Assembly (NCBI GenBank): GCA_964016885.1
Contig: OZ024741.1
Span: forward strand, 205,964,001-206,028,000
Reading direction: 5' to 3'
Origin: Eledone cirrhosa
Taxonomy: Eukaryota
DNA length: 64,000 bases
A program made the translations under genes and the position numbers. Shown in pieces: positions 55,105 through 64,000 of this stretch (positions are counted from its first letter, which is position 1; the number at the start of each line of letters is the position of its first letter). The notes beneath the pieces were generated by a model. It searched no databases, was not told the DNA's origin, and was given only the letters and a program-made list of their open reading frames with translations.

Positions 55105-56028
55105 AAAGTTATGAAACGAAAATAGCTGTGTGGTTACTAAAAACAAGGTTTAGGATGGTGGTTAGGACGGAACAGGTGGAGAAAGGAAGAAAGGAGTTTC
55201 CATCGTCAGCTGTAAATGTATCCCGAACCGATGTTTAGGCGCTGAATTACAGGATATCAGTGTAGTTCGGGTGCGCCCGAGGCCTTTTATTAATCAAAAG
55301 GCCAGGTGGAAAAGAAGAGAGAAAGAGAGAAAAAAGGTGAGAGAAAAGGAAAGAGAAGGAAAGGAGGAAGAACAGGGGGGGGAAAGATGAGGACAGAGGA
55401 AGAAGGGGAAAATAGGAAAGAAATAGAAGAAAAATAAGTGTACAGATCCCATCGTGGGAAGACACAGTTGAGAGAAACTTGCAAAAAAGTAACCGTGGAA
55501 AAATAGGGAAAGTAAGTTGTGGCCAACCTGGGAGACTTTAGCCTGGTGGTCAGCTACGACTCAGAGCTGGTATAATCGTGCTGCCTCTAACATAGACAGG
55601 AGAAAGTGAGAGAGAGACACGGGCAACCAAAAGTGAGGAGGAGAAAGGAAAGGGAGATAATCGAGAAGGTTTTTTTTACGACGGTGGTAAAAACGTGCCG
55701 CAAAGATTGCGAACAGAGAGGCCACCACGGCACGTGTAAACATGTCAACAATCAAAATCGAACGGATGGATAGAGAGAGGGAGAGGGAGAGAAAAAAAAA
55801 CGAGAGTGAGGAAGAGAAGAGAAGTGAGAAGGGAGGGTCGATGCGAAGGTGTAGAGGGTACAGAGATCGACCAAAGCAGGTAGCGTCACAGCGGTAATTA
55901 CAAAAAGTTATGAAACGAAAGGAGCTGTGTGGTTACTAAAAACAAGGTTTAGAATGGTGGTTAGGACGGAACAGGAGGAGAAAGGAAGAAAGGAGTTTCC
56001 ATCGTCAGCTGTAAATGTATCCCGAACC

Positions 56029-56032
<4 letters not shown>
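55105..56032 (-). mobile_element. Partial-tandem repeat (~800-bp period, ~128-bp direct repeat), pLTR-like
   Basis: 55105-55233 repeated at 55905-56032; CTGACGA on minus strand; (TA)n flanks. Confidence 0.55.
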
Positions 56033-56074
<42 letters not shown>

Positions 56075-56079
<5 letters not shown>

Positions 56080-56242
56080 CACCATACCGAGAACAATTGT
56101 TTCACCTTAGCGGATCCTCAGCTCGCTAAGGTGAAACAATTGTTCTCGGTATGGTGAACTAACTGTTGTGTAACCACTTCTACCTAACTCGTCCCATGGA
56201 CTGAGTGCTCTACCACTACGGATATTACCTTGAGTGTTCTAC

Positions 56243-56247
<5 letters not shown>
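56075..56247. mobile_element. Fold-back PLE-type terminus (near-perfect ~37-bp arms) in (TA)n
   Basis: tagttcaccataccgagaacaattgtttcaccttagcg / reverse complement; GAAA-caattg-TT. Confidence 0.65.
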
Positions 56248-56306
<59 letters not shown>

Positions 56307-57212
56307 CGTTTCTGAATTTGTTTAGCAAGATTCTTTATCTGAAATCGTGTGTTGAAACCGATATTGTTATACTTTGGGTTATTGGCAACATGACCCTCCC
56401 AAAGTATAACAATATATATATATACATATATATATAATATATATATATTAAAATAACAGATTAAAGTTTAAGCAAAGAATCGCTACTTTCACTCTTAACA
56501 GGATCTTCTGAAACTAAAAAAGTCAATCTGTGAACGCAGAAGTAAATATTTCAAAGCACGTTGCAACCGAAGGAAGACAGGAAGACGATAGTTTGGTTCG
56601 TGGAAACGTTCCCTGGCAAAGAACGAAAAAAAACGAATATAATACGTCATTATTTGGAGCGGTGAATTGGCAGTGTCGGTAGAGGGTTGGACGTCATGCT
56701 TTCTAGCATAGTTACGTCCCTTTATGGTCTGAGTTCAAATCCCGTCGAGGTAAACTTTGCCTTTCATCCTTACGGGGTCGATAAAATAAAGTACCAGTAA
56801 TGTACTGGGTGATTGCTGCCCTTGTGCCAAAAGTAGAAACAATTATTTGGAGCGGTGAAAACAATTACACGCAAAGACAAAACCACGTTTATGGTATAAA
56901 TGAAGTCGTAGACTAAGATTCTATTAGGTGGTTCATGGAGACGTTCTCTGGCAATGAAAAAATACATCAATATGTGGAGCGGTGAGAACAATAACACGCA
57001 AAGACAAAACCACGTAAATGGTAGAACAGTCTTAAACTTTAATCTGTTATTTTAATAAATATTTGCTCTACGGTTCTTATATATTTGATATATATTTATC
57101 CTTATCGAGCCCCCTTTGGATTTCAGTCTTCAAATTTATTATTATTACTATTATATATATATATATATAGTTATGTAATAAACAACATAAGGTAATTAAT
57201 TACTTCACACAC

Positions 57213-57281
<69 letters not shown>

Positions 57282-57839
57282 GGAGAAAGAGAGAGAAAGA
57301 GGGGGGGGGAAGATGAAGTTGGAAATAGCACGGAAAATATATTGAAGGGTCTGTTTTTCTTTTTTTATCCTTTCTTTGATTCGTCAAAGTGACATTATTG
57401 AAAAGATGACATTGAAAAAAATGACATTATTGAAAAAATGTGAGGGACAATTCTTTTAAAAAAAGTTTTATAATGTATATAAAGTTTATAAAGTATTACC
57501 GGTTTCGATGTATTATTAAAATTCATCTTATCAAATATTGAGTATTGAAATAAAAAATTAAAAAGAATTAATAGGAGTTAAAAACTAAAAATTAACGATT
57601 TAAAATTAAAATGGAGTAATTTTTTTTCCCATCTTTGTTGCTCAAAACTTGGCTAGAGAATGAGTTCTTGTTAATAGAGAGGTGGTAGTGAAGATAGCAG
57701 CAGCTATGTTTCTTCACAGAACAAAGTTGTTTTTGGGGGGCAAAGGAAACATCCTGTAAATATGTGTGTGTACATCTAATTGTGTTAATTGACTGGTCAA
57801 AAGTTCAAAAGGGAATTGTAAGCTAGAGGTAAATTCTAT

Positions 57840-58230
57840 GGCAGCAGCAGGAGTGTAAGAGAAATTCTATTATTGGAATATGGCATACTATGGCAGGAAG
57901 ACATGAATACACTCACTCTTTTCAAAAATATGATTAACAACATTAACAATAATATACAATTCACAATGGAATCCAACTCCAAGGAATTAGCCTTCTTGGA
58001 TATTCTCATTCTAAAAACAGATGGGAAAATAGAAATAGACATCTTTTATAAACGCACGAACTCCAAACAGTATGTGTTGGGTGATTTGATGTGAATAGGA
58101 GATTCACATCAAATTACCCAACACATACAAAACTTAACATTCCTTTTAATTTAGCCAAACATATATGTACCATAGTATCAGAACAAGCTAAACGGGAACA
58201 AAGACTAAATGAACTCAAAAACACACTTAC
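57840..58230 (+). mobile_element. PLE (Poseidon-type) RT C-terminal fragment
   Basis: NIQFTMES...LAFLDILI...IDIFYKRTNSKQY; NIPFNLA. Confidence 0.75.
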
Positions 58231-60149
58231 CTTAAGAGCCTTGATATAATTAATTGTTTCTACGTTAGGCACAAGGCCAGCAATTACTCAGTGCATTACT
58301 GGTACTTTATTTTATCGACCCCGTAAGGATGAAAGGCAAAGTTAACCTTGGCGGGATTTGAACTCAGAATGGCAAGGGCCGTAACTCTAATTGAGTTGAT
58401 ATAATTAATAACGGAATAGACAAAACAAAACAAAACACGCAAATTTTAATCAACCCAATAACCCAAAGCACAGAACCACAAACAATACCTTATCATACTG
58501 TTGAAAAGTGTTTCCCCGGCATTTCAGTATGTTTCTTATATCATTTTTGCTTTGCACGTATGACCCTATATTCCTTTTTTTTTCAGCGTTGCCTGTTGTG
58601 CATATTGTCTTTTCTTTTCACAAGTCGCACAGGCATTTCTGCATTATCTGGTTTATCTTCAATTTTGTTCGAACAAAAATACGCGTTGGTATTCCTTTTC
58701 TGTTGGGTTGCTATGTTGGTATATTGACTCAGGCGTCTTTTCAACACTTCCATTCTTTCAAGGCGTTGGATTCAATGATACATTCTTACCCTGTCGTACG
58801 AAACTGTATTTTCTAAATGGGAGGCAGACGAGGAAAATAGATGGTTGTTTTCTCATATGTCCGTTACTTCATGTGCATATTTGCTAACACACACACATAC
58901 ACACACACACATATATATATGTATATGACTGAAAACCAACACTGAAATAGGTGATTCGAAACAAAATAAATAAACAATACAGCAACTCCCTCTTCATTGA
59001 ATTACACTAGAAATTTACTCCAGCCTATTCGTAGCGAAGCAATTAATAAAGTCATGAAAATCGATAACTTCAATTGGAAGTTTATAGATAGAAAGTAGTA
59101 TCGAATATAATTCCACAATCGTTTGTCATACACAATGATCTGTCAGTGATAGCAATCGTTAATAGTCAATTAAAATTTCCGAATGAAGTTGAAATTACGA
59201 AAATATTTAAACTAAAATTTACATAGACCTTAATTATCATATTCACTCAATGAATATTCACACATTGAATATTAATTAATTATGTTTGCTACAGAAATAA
59301 AACAAGGGGAAAAACTATTCTACCCAGTTTCAAATAAAAGAAGAAAGAAACGAAGGAAGTAATATTGTGAGTAAACGAGATAACATTTCTCGATTAACGA
59401 GAGAAAATATATGAACCTGATTCTAAATCAGGAAATAAACGTATGAAGTTTTTCGTCCCCATTATTGACTATCATTAATCTTTGGTTTGGACCTGGCAAC
59501 ACGTCTGTAAATCAGACGTTGGTGTTATCTTGTCCATGCAAAATTTCCCCAGTTGAAAACATAATTTATCCGTTTAAAAAACATTAAAAGCTGAAATAAA
59601 ATCATAATATAACGAAATAAAAATGTGTAACATATCGAGTCATAGATTGTTAGTTCATTTTATTTACTGTCAGTCGAAACCATTCCATCTTTTATTATGG
59701 CATGGTTTATAAATGACCACTTCATTTAAGTAGTTCTTTTTTGTTTGTCGGGCAGACATTTGATGAAATGAATTTCGGCAGGGAAAGTGGCATAGTTTAC
59801 ACAAACAGAGTCAATAGAAGACAATGTGTCAAACAAAAAAACCAGCTAAAACATAATCTACAAATTCATCTGTAAATATAATGGCAAAAATATATCAGAT
59901 CTTTCTAGAATTCAGAATGTAACCCTTTACTGTTGTTTTTATCGAAATTCCAAATATGGACCAAACTTCCTTAGTTATAAACCAATAAATTGTAACAAAG
60001 AAATGTCAAAGAATTGTTTTGAAGAAAGAAAACATACTGTAAGAAGTTGAATATTGGAGGCTACGAGTACAAACATTTTCACTGTTATTACTTTCTCCAT
60101 TTTCTTTATTGTATATTGAGTATTGACACTATTTATCATTTGCATTACA

Positions 60150-60269
<120 letters not shown>

Positions 60270-60403
60270 GTATATATATAGTGTGTAGTAATAGCTAGGT
60301 AAAAATATCCAAGGTATAGAGCAACTCAACCTACAATAAAACGTAGGTATCTGGTATGACGCCGTTGTAGTAACTGGCTTTAATAATTATATATATATAT
60401 ATA

Positions 60404-61002
60404 TATCACTGATGAGGGACTAATTTTATAATATGTAATCCATGTGCAACCATGCAATATTCTTCTTCCCCTTGTTTTTCATATATATTTACCTAAACTG
60501 CGATTATCTGTTTCTCTCTTACTGCTCCCCCGTTCTCTCTGTTTCTTTTACCTTCTTTCACCCTCTCTGTCAGTTACACTTTTTCTCTCGACTGACCTCT
60601 TCCTCGCACTTCCACTCACTCACTCTCTGTTTCTCCCCTTCTCACTTCCTCCCGTTCGCTACTAGTGGGGTTCCTTCTTTCTCACACCGCACTCACCGCG
60701 TACGGTCTGCTTCTCTGACCGCTCATGAAATTCACCCAGATTATGCTGATCGGATAACTATCATGTGGCTTGCTGTTTTCCAACCTTCGGTTTGCTTTCC
60801 CTTCTGTTGTTTACTTGTCTCACTCGCTTTACGCGTTTCACTTGTCCCAATAGCTTATTTTAGTTATTGCTCGCTCCAACCTGAGGTATCTGATTTTTAA
60901 TGCGATGAAATACCAATGATAGTTGGCAAAATCACTGATGAGGGACTAATTTTATAATATGTAATCCATGTGCAACCATGCAGTATTCTTCTGCCCCTTG
61001 TT

Positions 61003-61010
<8 letters not shown>
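60404..61010 (+). mobile_element. Partial-tandem repeat (~526-bp period) in (TA)n
   Basis: atcactgatgagggactaattttataatatgtaatcc... at ~60405 and 60931. Confidence 0.6.
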
Positions 61011-61095
<85 letters not shown>

Positions 61096-61326
61096 GAAAC
61101 ACACAGATACATGCGGACACACACATATATACATGAATGCATCCGCACCCAACTGTGAGTTAAGGGTGCCAACTTCACCGATGTTGCTCAATGAGTGACT
61201 GGGACAGACCAATTCAGTTTGAACTAGACTGAACCAGTATCAGAGTTAAAAATACATTATGAAGAGAGAAGAAACATTTAGATATAATTAGTAATAAAAT
61301 GTATCATACCTAAACTGTTCCTAAAT

Positions 61327-61414
61327 TCCTCGACTACGTAGTTTCGTGGCATAAACAAAAACAATATATCAAAGATATAGAGTCCTTGCGAGGTCTGCCG
61401 ACTTATCAAGAGGA
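61327..61414 (-). ncRNA. Type I hammerhead, U3-A8 core variant, in ~590-bp partial tandem 61090-61713
   Basis: tcctc-TTGATAA-gtcggca...tgccac-GAAA-ctacgtag-TC-gagga. Confidence 0.7.
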
Positions 61415-61707
61415 TACCTCATTTTACTAGTCTCAAGAACGCGTCTACGCGACGTGAGAAAGAATCCCAAAAGGCAGAGGGGGAGATAGTCACGCGATAT
61501 AACGGTCGAGAAACAGAGCTAAGCCTCTTATAACCACGAAGAAAATACCACGGAGGCGGAGGGGGTATTCATATCGAGGCCGTAGAAGAGGTAGTGAAGA
61601 AGGCGAGAAGTATGAGTAATGGAAGCTTTCCAGTTGTCCCCACACTTCAAAGATTGCTCGACCAGAGGGAGTTATTAATATATTTAGAAACACACAGATA
61701 CATGCGG

Positions 61708-62270
<563 letters not shown>

Positions 62271-62296
62271 GTATTCAGCCATATAAAGCGAACACC

Positions 62297-62353
<57 letters not shown>

Positions 62354-62569
62354 GAGGCGGTCGATTGGCAGTATCGGTAGAGGGTCGGACGCCATGCTTT
62401 CGAGCATAGTTACATCCCTTTACAATCTGAGTTCAAATCCCGCCGAGGTTGACTTTGCCTTTCATCCTTACGGGGTCGATAAAATAAAGTACCCGTGATG
62501 CACTGGGTAATTGCTAGCCTTGTGCCTAAAGTAGAAACAATTATTATTATTATTATTATTGTTATTACT

Positions 62570-63993
62570 CTTTGAGTCTCAGTCATTGATGTTAGTTAAC
62601 TGGAAAGTTTGTTGAGATGAATATCAAGCCACTACCTGCAACCACAGATATTCAGGACGTATCGGAGGGTTCTTGCTGTTCCCAGCAAGCATGCCTTTTG
62701 AAGCGTTCCAAAAAGCGTGAAGGGGCCAATTTTCTTTAACCATCCCTGGAAACTTTTTGAGATAGTACCTAGTGCGCCTATGACAATCGGGATCACTTTG
62801 ACTTCATGGCAGTTCCAAATCCTTTTTACCTCCCACTTTAAGTCCTGGTATCGGTTAATTTTCTCCCTCTCCTTCTCTTGCACTCTCGTATCGAATGGGC
62901 AGGCCACATCCACAATCAGGCACGATCTTTTTTCTTTGTCCAAAACCACCAGGTCAGGTCTATTGTGTTCCAGTTTCTTGTCCGTCTGTATCCTAAAATC
63001 CCACAGCACCTTCACCTGATCGTTTTCTATCACCGCCTCTGGCTTATGCTCATACCACTTCTCAGAATCTGGTAAATTGTTTACTTTGCATAGGTGCCAG
63101 TGGATCACCCTGCCCATCACATCATGTCTCCAGCCCTTATAGTGAGTCTGGGCTAGGTGTTTACACTCGGATACAATGTGAGCCACAGTCTCCTATCTCT
63201 CTCCACAGATCCTGCACAGTGGGCTAGCCTTCTCCTTGTAAATGTGGTGTTTCAACCACTTCGTTTTGAGGGCCTGCTCCTGCGCAGCCATTAACATTCC
63301 TTCTGTAGCCTTTTTAAGGTCTCCTCTTTTCAACCAGTTCCATGTCTATGGATCTCTGAATTCAGTTTTCTCAAAGAAGGTACTATGAAGGGATTTTTAC
63401 TGAAGGCTGCTCTTACTCCTTCTTGTTATTTCCTCCTTGGACATCCCCTGGCCTATTGTCCCCTCCTTCAGTACAGTTCTGAGCATTGGCTCCTTACTAT
63501 CAGTCACGTATTTGTGTAGGTTGTTTTTCTCCATCTGAACACAGTCCTCTATGCTGATAAGACCGCTTCCACCTTCAGATCTTCTTAAGTAGAGTCTATC
63601 GACATCACTCCTCTTGTGGAACATATTGTAGATAGTCAATAGCTTCCTAGTCTTCCTATCCATTTCTTTTTGTTCAGCAACATTCCATCTCAGAATTCCC
63701 GCACTGTACCTAATAATAGACACAGCTCAGGAATTTACTGCACTTATGGCATTCCTACTGTTCAGATGTGACTTTAATACGCTCCTTACTCTCCGAAGGT
63801 ATTCAGTTCTTATCAATTCCTTCATTTTTTTGTTCTTGATGTCATCAGCCTCCAGAAGGCCCAAATACTTGTATCCTTTCTCAGAGTCAATTTCCTTTAT
63901 CATCTCACCTGTTGGTATCTGGATCCCGTTACTTCTGCTCAACTTACCCCTCCTCCTCACAATGACTCCACACTTACTAATACCAAATTGCAT
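62570..63993 (-). mobile_element. R4/Dong-clade non-LTR retrotransposon, 5'-truncated, 3' end in (TAA)n
   Basis: FGISKC, YKYLG, DVDRLY.RRSEGG.GL, AAQEQ, CRIC..ETVAHIVSEC, RHD, HNRPDLVV, VDVACPFD, PIVIGALG; several stops. Confidence 0.9.
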
Positions 63994-64000
63994 ACATATA

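Noticed and set aside
60405-60460. Complete hammerhead at CTGATGA 60409/60935 (similarly CTGACGA ~55203 minus, CTGAGGA ~48405)
   Set aside because: Could not pair a GAAA and stem I by eye; recorded only as a possible degenerate core

Overview
AT-rich, repeat-saturated eukaryotic DNA; the SINE family and (TA)n/(CA)n load suggest an octopod cephalopod (inference). I found no convincing host protein-coding gene, and most listed ORFs are microsatellite artefacts. Recognisable mobile elements are: a near full-length Tx1/L1-clade LINE inside a (CTAT)n tract; a 5'-truncated Penelope-like element (RT + GIY-YIG) with an inverted terminal repeat; RTE, R4/Dong and CRE-like LINE fragments; Tc1/mariner fragments; non-autonomous Helitrons; and many tRNA-derived SINEs. 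The main signal is a hammerhead-ribozyme (HHR) retro-system. Two sequence-divergent ~470-bp tandem arrays (22.7-24.2 kb, 48.6-51.9 kb) each carry a minimal type I HHR inside a larger, covarying RNA fold (retrozyme/circular-RNA-like). Both sit in (TA)n tracts with the same head-to-head inverted architecture as the Penelope element and about ten short HHR-bearing fold-back inserts. All structures were read by eye, not computed.
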